Shown in pieces: positions 1-10,012 of a DNA stretch of 34,088 nt. Source of the stretch: Histomonas meleagridis 2922-C6/04-290x. Its lineage: Eukaryota > Protista > Parabasalia. The notes under the pieces were generated by a model that saw only the letters and a list, made by a program, of their open reading frames with translations, was not told the origin of the DNA and ran no database searches. How positions within the stretch are numbered: position 1 is the first letter of the stretch; each line of letters starts with the position of its first letter. The DNA is taken from NCBI GenBank assembly GCA_020184695.1, contig JAANOX010000115.1:1-34088 (forward strand). The letters are read 5' to 3'. Both the position numbers and the translations under genes were made by a program.

Positions 1-4
1 GCAC

Positions 5-200
5 ATATCTTTGAATCATTGCAAAAGAGTTAATTTGCTTAGTAATTTGATGTCTCCTTTGTGAAACATTCGATTAAATTAATTTGCAAAACTTTCTCAA
101 ATATTAATTATATCTTTGAATCATTGCAAAAGAGTTAATTTGCTTAGTAATTTGATGTCTCCTTTGTGAAACATTCGATTAAATTAATTTGCAAAACTTT
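5..200. repeat. Direct tandem duplication, two identical 91-bp copies (5-95 and 110-200), period 105 bp
   Basis: ATATCTTTGAATCATTGC...GCAAAACTTT occurs twice, letter for letter. Confidence 0.95.
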
Positions 201-242
201 ATCAAATTGTTCTGAATTCAACGTGATGATTCATAATGCATT

Positions 243-429
243 ACAGATAAAACCATTTCTTGTCTATAATTGTATGCTGTCGTAAGGCGAAAAACAATCT
301 AAAGCAAGCAATTCCTCGAATGGCGTAATTCTCACCGCAGTTTGTGCATTAATTGCGGTGATTGTAGTAGTCACAATTGTCGTCTTAAGGAACAAAAACA
401 AAAATTCAGACCCAGCGCCTGAAGTTTAA
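243..429 (+). pseudogene. 3' remnant of a type I surface-protein gene (TM + short tail), homologous to the M60-like gene tail at 30330-30410
   Basis: Frame 1 from 286 reads GEKQSKASNSSNGVILTAVCALIAVIVVVTIVVLRNKNKNSDPAPEV*. All three frames upstream are closed by stops. Nucleotide similarity to the 3' end of the M60-like gene. Confidence 0.6.
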
Positions 430-965
430 TTGCTAAACAACCTTAATTTTTTATCAGATTTTCTACCAAAAAAATTATGTTTAGCAATAATAATTTTAAA
501 TTTTTAAAATTATTATCATGCATCATTATTCCAAGTCTTTAACAAAATTAATTTCATTGTTATAGAAAATAATTTTATATACATTCCACAATTACGTTTA
601 ATTCAAGGTATTATTGTCAACCGTATAAGTAATATACGATATTAATTTATAATAATTTCGAACGGATTACTGTGTCAATAATCAACCGTTTAGTTTTGAA
701 AGAAATTGAATATATCGCCTATTCCGATATTTTGTTTGATTTTTGATCGGATTACATCTGATTTTTTACAACCATTTTCTGGCTTCAGACAACGATTTCC
801 TCATCAACGTTCTATAAATACGAGGACACTACCTTAAATGAGTTTACTAAAAAATTAAAATTAAAAATCTACTACATAAATCTTCGTGTGTTAGTCCTGT
901 TAATAATCAATCAATTGATAAAATAAAAATATATAAAACATCGTATATATGTTAATTTACAAATC

Positions 966-1514
966 TTAAATTGCCCCATCCATTTCAGTTTGGTTGTATT
1001 GGTAGTTTGGTGGGGAAATTGTTGTAATTGTTGAAGATGAAATCATTTTTGAGTTTCTAATCCAGTTGGCCAATATATCATAATTGTCTTGGTTGCTGAG
1101 AAACTCTTGAGCCAAAGAGCGTGCTCCAAGCCACATCAGACGTGAGTTTTTCTTTGTAATTGGTATATTTGGAATCATTTCAATTTTTATCCACTTTTTC
1201 TCGTCATCACCTTCATTAGAGACAGTAACTTTTCTGGCTTTGACGCTTTTTTTGATGGGATAATTGGAATTATGTTTAAATTCATCAATGCTTTGTCGAG
1301 CTTGAATATCAAAAACAACTTTATCTTCTGGAGGAAGTGATTTCCATTCTTCGTTTAAAATTTTTATTATTTCTGTTGATGAAATGTTTGAGTTCATGTT
1401 TTGTATTTCATTTCTTCGCTTGTTACAAAATATCTGAAATCCAGTTTCTGGCCTTTTTGGTTCAAATTCTGTTGTTGATGTACCATTTGAATTGTATATT
1501 GCATCATTTTCCAT
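966..1514 (-). CDS. HMG-box domain protein
   Basis: PKRPETGFQIFCNKRR...EIIKILNEEWKSLPPEDKVVF matches the HMG-box pattern PKRP.S.F..F...R...I.K.L...WK.L...EK. GACCGTT lies 14 nt upstream. Confidence 0.85.
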   Translation of the reverse strand: MENDAIYNSNGTSTTEFEPKRPETGFQIFCNKRRNEIQNMNSNISSTEIIKILNEEWKSLPPEDKVVFDIQARQSIDEFKHNSNYPIKKSVKARKVTVSNEGDDEKKWIKIEMIPNIPITKKNSRLMWLGARSLAQEFLSNQDNYDILANWIRNSKMISSSTITTISPPNYQYNQTEMDGAI

Positions 1515-1527
1515 TTTGGTTGATATA

Positions 1528-1534
1528 AACGGTC
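1528..1534 (-). promoter_or_regulatory. M3-like core promoter motif GACCGTT upstream of the HMG-box gene
   Basis: AACGGTC on +; fits the trichomonad M3 consensus RRCSGTTD. Confidence 0.6.
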
Positions 1535-1609
1535 GTGTAAAACCGTTACCGTAAACTTTACATTAATAAAAGTGGTATAAATTAACGTGCTCCACAAGAT
1601 AAGTCAGAT

Positions 1610-1616
1610 GACCGTT
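1610..1616 (+). promoter_or_regulatory. M3-like motif GACCGTT upstream of FPPS
   Basis: GACCGTTT, 39 nt before ATG 1655; partner of the opposite-strand motif in a divergent promoter. Confidence 0.6.
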
Positions 1617-1654
1617 TATTATCCATCTAAAATTAGACTTATTAAAGGTTGCAA

Positions 1655-2674
1655 ATGAAGGGAAATATACTTTCTGCCTTTCAAGACTACTTTCCAAAAA
1701 TTATTGAAATTATCAATGAATATCTCAGACCACGTACAGTTGACTTTGTTCTTGAGCATGTAAATAAATTAGTTAATTATTCACTCAAAGGTGGAAAAAA
1801 TGTTCGCGGAACTCTTGCAGCTTCAACTTATCTTGAGCTAACCGGATTTTCTCCAAGTGATAATTTTGCTCAAGTTGGATACATTCTTGGCTGGTCAATT
1901 GAATTACTCCAAGCGGCATATCTTGTAGCAGACGATCTCATGGATCAAAGCGAAACACGCAGAGGACAGAAATGCTGGTATTTACTTGATGGTATCGGAA
2001 ATTCCGCTACAAATGATGCGCTTCTTGTTGAGAACCTTGTATTTGTTCTTATCAACTATCTCCGTGAAAGGTTTCTTGATGATGAAACAGTTGATGAAAT
2101 TATATCTATTTTTAGATACATCAGTACAATCACAACCATAGGGCAAACATATGACTCAAAAGCCGAGTCATTTACTCTTGATTGCTACAAAATCATTGTT
2201 GAAAACAAAACCGCTTATTACACATTTTGGCTTCCTATTTCTGTATCAATGATTGCTTCACAAAAACTTCCAAAAGGTAAGTATAATGATAAGTCGTTTA
2301 CACAATTCATGCTCGACATTGGTTATTTCTTCCAGTCACAGGACGATTATTTGGACGTTTATTGCGATGAAGTCACAACCGGCAAAAAGGGAACCGACAT
2401 AATTGACAGAAAAGTGACATGGTTTTCATGCAAAGCGTATGAACTTGGGAATGAGTCACAAAAGGAAGCAATAATGAAAGTTTATGAGAACCCAGATCAA
2501 AGGTATGAAGCTGTGATGAAGGTTTATGAAGATTTAGGTTTGAAACAATTGTTTGAAAATTATTCCGACAAAGAATATGAAAAACTTTCAAAAGAATTGA
2601 AAGAATTGGATCCTGTTTTCCCAAAGAATACATTATCGGAACTTTTGGGTTCTTTAATGAAAAGAAACAAATAA
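1655..2674 (+). CDS. FPPS: Farnesyl/geranylgeranyl diphosphate synthase (trans-isoprenyl diphosphate synthase)
   Basis: GGKNVRG, FARM LLQAAYLVADDLMDQSETRRGQKCWY, GQTYD, KTAYYTF, SARM FFQSQDDYLD, GTDIIDRKVTW. First ATG is at 1655 (the ORF track starts at TTG 1649). Confidence 0.93.
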   Translation: MKGNILSAFQDYFPKIIEIINEYLRPRTVDFVLEHVNKLVNYSLKGGKNVRGTLAASTYLELTGFSPSDNFAQVGYILGWSIELLQAAYLVADDLMDQSETRRGQKCWYLLDGIGNSATNDALLVENLVFVLINYLRERFLDDETVDEIISIFRYISTITTIGQTYDSKAESFTLDCYKIIVENKTAYYTFWLPISVSMIASQKLPKGKYNDKSFTQFMLDIGYFFQSQDDYLDVYCDEVTTGKKGTDIIDRKVTWFSCKAYELGNESQKEAIMKVYENPDQRYEAVMKVYEDLGLKQLFENYSDKEYEKLSKELKELDPVFPKNTLSELLGSLMKRNK

Positions 2675-2784
2675 GTAAAATTATTTATGTAAACTTTACA
2701 AAATAATTTCAATTAAAATAAAATTGACAAAATGTTTTCAATGAATCGATTTTTGCTAGAAAAATCCGTTATTTCATTCGATAA

Positions 2785-3642
2785 ATGAACTCAACAAAAA
2801 GAACCAAAAGCTTAAATCTATCACAACATCAGGCCAATGAAATAAAACCTTCTGATGTACATGAGCTTAAGCTTAAAACTCAACAGATTTTACTTAAAAC
2901 TCGTCAATTAAGAACACAATTAAATAGATTAAATGATAAAATTACAGCCAAAACAAATGCCATTAATAAAACATTTGAACAGCAATCAGGTCAATCACCA
3001 ATTGTTACTAATCATTCCAATTCTGTTCCACAACTTCAGCGTAGTGTTGAGTTAGCAGAAAATACATTATCTTCTCTTAAAGAAGAAATTGAAGCAGCTT
3101 ATCAAGACGATAAAACTTTCATTGTCAAAGAACTTGAAGAAGAAGTCAAACTTGCATATTGTGAAAATCAAAGATTATCACAAGAGGCAAAAGAAGCTCG
3201 ACAGCAATCAAACAGCACCTCCAAACTTCTTAAGGATGCTACTTACAAAGCTTCGAATCAAAATATCCAGGAGTTACGTTCATCCATCCGCGATATCCAA
3301 GAAACTAACGCATCACTTCGAGATAAATCATTTGCATATTCATCAAAGAATGAAAAGCTCCGAGTTGATCAAACGATACTAGAAAACGAACAGAACAAAG
3401 TTTCACATCAAAAAGCAATTGACGATGCGAACAAAAAGAAAGAAGAATTGACTGAAAAGCTCAACAAAAAGACAGAAAAAATCGAAAAACTTAAACAAGA
3501 CTATCAAGAAAAAATAGATGAATTAAATCAAATCATTCAAAAACAGAAACAAGTGATCAACGATTTTCTTTCAGGGAACTATAAACCAAAAGAAGAGAAA
3601 GAAAAAGATGACAATAAATCAGATGATGATATGAATCAATAA
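2785..3642 (+). CDS. Coiled-coil hypothetical protein
   Basis: 285-aa ORF rich in K/E/Q heptads; TCATTC initiator-like sequence just upstream of the ATG. Confidence 0.75.
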   Translation: MNSTKRTKSLNLSQHQANEIKPSDVHELKLKTQQILLKTRQLRTQLNRLNDKITAKTNAINKTFEQQSGQSPIVTNHSNSVPQLQRSVELAENTLSSLKEEIEAAYQDDKTFIVKELEEEVKLAYCENQRLSQEAKEARQQSNSTSKLLKDATYKASNQNIQELRSSIRDIQETNASLRDKSFAYSSKNEKLRVDQTILENEQNKVSHQKAIDDANKKKEELTEKLNKKTEKIEKLKQDYQEKIDELNQIIQKQKQVINDFLSGNYKPKEEKEKDDNKSDDDMNQ

Positions 3643-3792
3643 AATATTCCTTCAATCATTTTTTAAAAAAGAAAAAACAAAGTTATTCCTTTTTGAGGAT
3701 AAGCTGATAAAAATAAATGGTATTATCACAGAAATAAAGCACTAAAAAAAATATTTAAAAATTTCATTAAGATTTGTCACTTTTGATAAAAT

Positions 3793-3799
3793 GACCGTT
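3793..3799 (+). promoter_or_regulatory. M3-like motif GACCGTT upstream of the Rho gene
   Basis: GACCGTTA, 106 nt before ATG 3905. Confidence 0.5.
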
Positions 3800-3904
3800 A
3801 GGGAAAAACAAGACGAAAACGGTTCTTTCACAGAAAAACGCTATCGGTGTGTTGAAAATTCTATCGTTCGTCTCAAGATTCTTTTAGTAAGTTAAAATTA
3901 CTCA

Positions 3905-4466
3905 ATGACAGAGGGATCTCATCCTTTTAAGTTTGTTTTTGTAGGAGATAACCTTTCAGGGAAAACATCTTTGTTGTTTACATTTCTTAATGGTAAATTC
4001 CCTAAAGATTATGTTCCCACTATATTTGACAATTTTGTTTGCTCGACTGAAATCAATGGTACATCATACCATTACACTACGTGGGACACACTTGGTGATG
4101 CTGACGGCTTTAGGGCATATTTACGAACATTATCTTATTATGGTACAGATGTTGTTATGCTTTGTTTTTCAATTGAAGATAGATACTCATTTGAAAATAT
4201 CAAAAAGTGGCATAGTCATATCACAAAATATATAATCAATCCTGAAATTCTTCTTATTGGTACAAAATCAGATCTAAGAAAATCTGTTCCGCAAGGGCCA
4301 ATGCGTTTCCAAAGATGAGGCGATAAATCTAGCGAAAGTAATTAGTGCATTTGACTACGTTGAATGTTCTGCTCTTCTAAATGAAGGTATTTACGAGATA
4401 TTTCATAAAGCAATTTTAAGGGCAGGCAAAAAGAATACACACATTTCAAAATGTTTTGTTTCTTAA
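3905..4466 (+). pseudogene. Rho/Rac-family small GTPase with a +1 frameshift at GGG 4295-4297 (pseudogene or sequencing error)
   Basis: FKFVFVGDNLSGKTSLL, FPKDYVPTIFDNF, WDTLG, LSYYGTDV, GTKSDLR. Removing one G joins QCVSKDEAINLAKVISAFDYVECSALLNEG...KCFVS* (CaaX-like end) and gives 186 aa. Confidence 0.85.
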
Positions 4467-5199
4467 TTAGTTAAATTGTTTTTCGTTATTTATGTATTGT
4501 AATTATTTTAAATAAAAATCTCATATTATGTCTTACTGTTTTACTTTCGAAATACAATTTAATAATTATTAATTAGTGAAGAAGGATGCACCCTCAGTGT
4601 TTAAACAACTACTGTTAAAACTTGTGAATTTTCAAATTGCTTTGTGTCTTAATTATATTCCCTAACTGTTTCATCAATTTTATATTTTTATCATTTGTTA
4701 ATTTAAATTATTTATAATTCTGTATGTACCATACGAGAATAAGAGATCCATGGATTCCATATATTGATGTTTTTTAATTGATTTACTGATCTCGTAATAA
4801 TGGAAATATTGGATATCTTGAATATAACGTTTACTTTGTTGTATGTATTAAATAATGTGGTTATAAAGTCCATTGGCTTTATGACCAATTTGATTTCGAA
4901 TGATATCAAACTGATTAGTAAAAACTGGTACAAAATCCCGTTATTGTTTTTTAAAATAAGCTCAGAGAATTGGTGTTGAAACAAATGTGAACACTTTTTA
5001 ATTAGATGTATAAATTATTATGCTCAAATTTTCATTAAAGCCTTCTCACTAATCATCGATATATTTGGTTATATTCCACAGAAGAAGAAATATTAAATTA
5101 AAATTTACATCAAAACAAATATTATTATAACGTAAAATCGAAATTACGTTTTTTATTCAAAATTTATTTTTTGTATATATATTTTGTTTAATGTATTAA

Positions 5200-5870
5200 T
5201 CATTGACCTTCAACATGTCTAATTAGATTAATAAATTTGTCATCAAAGAGCCCAGTTTGCTTTTGATTATCTGAAGATTCTGAATTTTTATCTGAACCTT
5301 TGTTCAGGATTTTCCTGCTTTTTGGAACTATAAAAATTATTATTCCAATGATTAATAAAATTGCTACAATTGAACCAAAGATAATTCCTATTAATGCATT
5401 TGTAGAAATTTTTTTAGTTGGTTGTGAGTTTGATAAAATATTAACATTATCAAAGAATAATCAAAGTTATAGATAGAATATTGAACAATTGTATATTCAT
5501 AATGAATTATTTCTGTAGATATATAATAGTAACATGTATTATATAATGTAAGTAATAAAGAATTACAAAAACATGCGTGAAATAGATAAAATTGATTAAT
5601 GTATCCGAATATAGATAAGCTTTTATTGGCACAAATATTTCTGATTCGGGAAATGTTTTTGTTTCTAAAAATGTGCTTGATAATAAATATAATAGATTTA
5701 GTGAATGCATTTGATCTTGTGAATGTATTTGTGCGTTGACCAAGGATATTGGTTGCAATCATCAAATGGGATTTGTGAGATATTTGAAGTCCACCAAATG
5801 TTTCATTTCGAATTAAATCTGATTATCGTTGAAGATTTGCTAAATATTTTGAAGAAAACGACCTTATATG
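5200..5870 (-). pseudogene. Decayed BspA-like surface-protein 3' end (stalk, TM, tail)
   Basis: Fragments in shifting frames: NETFGGLQISH, TNTFTRSNAFTKS, then STNALIGIIFGSIVAILLIIGIIIFIVPKSRK...DDKFINLI. Confidence 0.55.
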
Positions 5871-5941
5871 AAAATTTTAATGTTTTTATTGGATTTACCA
5901 TGATAAACATATAATATATAATAGAATGAAACATAAGATTC

Positions 5942-6204
5942 GCAAATAACAAAAATGCTGTATTTATTAAATTAATAAATAAATAAAAATATTTTGTCCT
6001 TAAAACATGTTTATTTATATTTCACTTATAAATTTTTCTTCTTTGAAATCGTCTGAAAATGGATCTTCTTCAATATTTGAATTATTAATACCAACTGAAA
6101 ATGTATTATCTATTTCATTAATTTTATTATTATTTTCATCTGAAACATTCATTTCTTCTTCATTTTGTTTTCGCTTCTTATTTTGATATTTAATCATAAA
6201 TATT
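5942..6204. repeat. Dispersed repeat, copy 1 (cytoplasmic tail + 3' flank), direct with 29153-29408
   Basis: 6001-6204 versus 29205-29408: 5 mismatches in 204 nt by manual alignment. Similarity extends about 60 nt further into the 3' flank. Confidence 0.95.
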
Positions 6205-6660
6205 TTTATTATCATTATAAATGCAATAATTATTACAATAACAATAACAATTATAATGATAATTAATGTATTATTATCATCATTGTTTTTGCATCTTCGA
6301 CACAAGAAACATAAAAGAAATTCGAATAATAAGTAAAATATTCTGGATAATATACAATTGTATAATTATAATATATAAAATAGACATAAATATATTTAGT
6401 TTCAGATTCAATAAAAGTAATTGAATAAGATTTTAAGAACGTATAATAATAATAAATCGATAAAGTTTTTATAAACGATAAAAAATAAGTTAAAGTATAA
6501 GGATTAACGAAAGTAAAATTCATCGAAAATGTATTAACATAAGTATTTGAATCAAAGTTATTTTTTGCTCTGGTAAATGTGTTTGAATTAATGAATGTAT
6601 TTATGTTAGTAAATGTATTCGATAATTTGTTATTTTTGATATAAATTAAATAACTTTAAT
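6015..6660 (-). pseudogene. Surface-protein 3' remnant (T/S/F stalk, Tyr-rich segment, TM, acidic tail) with a frameshift near 6286-6290
   Basis: KLSNTFTNINTFINSNTFT...YYSNFFYVSCVEDAK in one frame; NNDDNNTLIIIIIVIV...KYQNKKRK...EEDPFSDDFKEEKFISEI* in another. One extra A in the A5 run joins them. No start codon. Confidence 0.7.
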
Positions 6661-7582
6661 ATTTAATAATAAGATAAAGAATATTAAATATAATTAAAAA
6701 TGAAATAATATATCGAATGTTAATTGTTGATTTAAATATATAACAAAATATAATTAACAAAATATATAAATTCCTCAATAAAAAATAAAATATTTTTACT
6801 TTATTCACTTTATAAATATCAAAATAAATTGAAATTTTTTTTAAAACATGAATAAAATGATTTTTAAATATAGAAGAAGAAATTAATTCGAAACATATTT
6901 TAAAGACATCAAATAGTTCTATAAACAAATGACTAAATAAATGATAATATTCATAACTTATTTGATAAATCTTTTTATATGAGAAAAATAAATTTTTGTT
7001 ATTTGAAAAATTTTGTTATTGTTGAACAAATAATGAGTATAATCGTTATGGTTCTGTTGATTTGTTGTTACATTTTTGTTTTTGAAATTTATATATTTTA
7101 AATTTTTATGGAAAATATTTTCATGTTTTTTGATGATAGATCCTTTCTTGTATTCCAAGTTTTATTAATGTTTCATGCATTTCTTTACATTTCGACAGAA
7201 ACAAAGCAGTAACAATTATTTTACATTATTTTTTAAAACAAATACTTAAAAAATTTAATATCATTTTGCATAGGTTTTATCTGAATACTTGTCTTCAAAC
7301 AGTTCAAGCCTTTTTTTAATACAAACTGGCATTGAAATAAATTTAATAATATCTTAAAATTTCATAAAGTTGAAAGTAATTTGCCATAAAAGGGTCATAA
7401 GCCTTAATCAGGTGTGTATGTTTATCGATAATAATATATAATGACTTAGGTAGAATTAAAGTATGTTAAAAAATTAAATTTCATAAAGATATGCAAACAA
7501 ACTTAATTTTAGAAAACGACCAAAATTAAGATCCAATTATGGAATTGGTATTCAGATTTTTTGTTTTATTCATCTGACAATA

Positions 7583-7589
7583 AACGGTC
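7583..7589 (-). promoter_or_regulatory. Orphan M3-like motif GACCGTT with no intact downstream gene
   Basis: AACGGTC on +. An ATG lies 10 nt downstream on - (7573) but closes after 15 codons. Confidence 0.35.
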
Positions 7590-7799
7590 GTTTTGGTCTT
7601 CAAATACATTTTTCCTTTTTATTTCAGAAAATATATAAATTTCACATAAATTTTAAACTCACCTATTAGTAGATGGTAATATATTTTGATAACTCAAAAT
7701 AATTTACAAAAATTCATTCTGAGAATGCAAGTTGAAAGCTTGATTTCTTATCTATTATGAGTATTTTTGTTCATATTCACTTAAAATTAATAAAGAATA

Positions 7800-8170
7800 A
7801 AATAATTCATAATCAAAGGGAATATATAAGCTGAAGGCTTTTGCAATTAGAAAAGCACCTTGTTCAATAAACTTGAACCCACATTTTTGCCAAAAAATAA
7901 TCTTAATTAAGCATAATTATTGATTGTGAAGACAGAATCTAGGATTGTTATATTTGCGAATGATTTGAAGAACAGGAATAAAAAAAAATATTTTCAATTG
8001 TTTCCAATGGTAATATTGATTTATTAGAAAATGCAACACTTCCACAGACTTTAAACAGTTCTTAAACACTTACATTAACTGTATAAACAATTACCGACTT
8101 TAAACAAACCTGTCATCATAATTATAGGAAAATATTTGTCCAAAAAAGAAAACAAATAAAAGTGGAAGTG
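7800..8170 (-). pseudogene. BspA-like (TpLRR) leucine-rich-repeat relics
   Basis: With frameshifts, KFIEQGAF(S)NCKSLQLIY at about 7825-7880 and VFKNCLKSVEV...ITIGNN at about 8000-8070 resemble the TpLRR motif I...AF..C..L..I. Confidence 0.5.
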
Positions 8171-8635
8171 TTTTGTGTTTAGTTTTTTAATAAATCTAAA
8201 AATTAAGTTTAAAATATATATATATTTATCAAAAGAAATAAGAGAAGAAGGTTGCAATAGTAAAAAAATTTGATAAAAAAAGCATGAAATTTGAAGAGCT
8301 TTGAGTACGAAAAGAAACAAAAGAAGTGCATTTTTGTGTATAAAGAAGATGACATAAGATCTGTTTACACAAAGAAAAGAACCACCAATTCTGGCATAAA
8401 AGATTTTGGTATTTCTAGTTTCATATAAAATCTGAAGATTGAAATCATATTGAGAAATAATTTAAATTTAATGAATAAATGTATTATCCTTGAGTTGAAA
8501 CCTTCTTAAAACGTCTTGGGATGGCATAATATTGTGCGCTCAAGATATAATTGTTACAATCACTAATTCCCAAAGAATTTTCAATGAAAATAAATTTATT
8601 TTTTATTAATAATGATCAAAATCGACAACAATTTC

Positions 8636-9838
8636 TTATTCAGCTTCATCCGATTCGTCTGAGATTTTACCATAAAAATCGAAGTTAATTTTGTTATTAT
8701 TTTTCGGGAAATGGAAATATGCGATGATTAGTGCGTAAGCATTTATCACTATTAGAGGCACTATTTCATCTGTCACATTATACTTAGATGCGTTATTCCA
8801 CAAAGGCAACAAATATGCAACTTGCAAAGTAATTATCGACACTAATGACAAAACCGAATATATCAAAAATTCCGAAATTTCGTCTTGTAGCAAATTTTTA
8901 TAATAAATTATAATTCGGAAGACATAATATATCAAATAAAACATTCCAATTAACACATCTAAGTTCTCATTATTAATAAAAATGGCTAAAATCAATGTGA
9001 AAAATAAAAAATATTCAACATAATTATTCATAAATGAAAACGAATTCGACTTAATCTTAAACAAAAGTAAAATATAAATTCGGAAAAAACAATTCAAAAA
9101 ATGTCGAAGAAATTTATCAATTGTGGCCAAGTTTTCATGTGGATAAAATAATTGGATAAGATGAAATGGGAATTCGCAAACAATTAATGTGATTAACAAT
9201 GCAAATGTTAAAATTGTTTCGTTTCGATGATTTTCATGTTTGCTCATGCTACGATGTAATGAGATTAAGATAAATATGGTACATATGTAAAAGATAACAC
9301 GCAGAATTGAAATAAGTTTTCGTGTTAATGGATTTTCAACTTCAAACGTTAATGAGGCATATGAAATTGTGTCAGATTCAAAGCGAAATTTGATATTGGC
9401 AGTGTCATATTTGTGAATGTATTGTTGATGAACAAATAAACGCTGTGATACATTGTCAGTAAAAGATAATGAATTAAATTTAACATTATTTTCAATAGAA
9501 ATGCTACCTTGAGAATTTTTGTAAGAGACATGAAAGTTTCCAGTAGCATGTTGATTGGGTTCAGTGTTATTAGAAATAAAAAATGTATAGATTTTTAAGT
9601 ATTGATAGAAAGATGTTAAATCAAATAAAACAAATGACTCAGTTTTGACTTTGTAAGGTCCTGCAATATTTGTTTGAACTTTTAATAAAGATTCGCCAAA
9701 CATTATTGAAATAAATGAAATTAAAATGAATACAAAAACGCAAAGAAAGTTTTCTTTTTTCTGTGAATTATCTATTTCGAGAGTATTAGATGGTTCGTCA
9801 TGAATATCTGGTAATTCCTTTTCATTGATCAAAAGCAT
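8636..9838 (-). CDS. Multi-pass membrane protein, TMEM181/Wntless-like
   Basis: N-terminal TM, about 120-aa luminal beta-rich domain ending FEVENP, then ILRVIF and about 7 hydrophobic segments. GACCGTT lies 11 nt upstream. Family call is from architecture recall only. Confidence 0.55.
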   Translation of the reverse strand: MLLINEKELPDIHDEPSNTLEIDNSQKKENFLCVFVFILISFISIMFGESLLKVQTNIAGPYKVKTESFVLFDLTSFYQYLKIYTFFISNNTEPNQHATGNFHVSYKNSQGSISIENNVKFNSLSFTDNVSQRLFVHQQYIHKYDTANIKFRFESDTISYASLTFEVENPLTRKLISILRVIFYICTIFILISLHRSMSKHENHRNETILTFALLITLIVCEFPFHLIQLFYPHENLATIDKFLRHFLNCFFRIYILLLFKIKSNSFSFMNNYVEYFLFFTLILAIFINNENLDVLIGMFYLIYYVFRIIIYYKNLLQDEISEFLIYSVLSLVSIITLQVAYLLPLWNNASKYNVTDEIVPLIVINAYALIIAYFHFPKNNNKINFDFYGKISDESDEAE

Positions 9839-9848
9839 TTTGCTACTA

Positions 9849-9855
9849 AACGGTC
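9849..9855 (-). promoter_or_regulatory. M3-like motif upstream of the TMEM181-like gene
   Basis: AACGGTC on +, 11 nt from ATG 9838. Confidence 0.6.
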
Positions 9856-10012
9856 AATTACGGAAAAGTGCGACAAATAAATCACTGAATTGATAAAAAT
9901 TATTAAATAATTATCGCATATAATAAACCGATTTTTTTCAATTTATAACCGCTACGATACCTATCGTTCACAAGACTTTGATGCGATTTTTTGATGTTTT
10001 AATTTCATTTCG

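Noticed and set aside
884-897. ACTAACACACGAAG on the minus strand, resembling the intron 3' motif
   Set aside because: It lies in the HMG 3' flank, lacks the exact CAYAG end and has no matching GTAYGT donor.
4285-4294. 10-nt GT...AG (GTTCCGCAAG) whose removal would fix the Rho frameshift
   Set aside because: Too short, with no GTAYGT or CTAAC motif. A single-base indel is more parsimonious.
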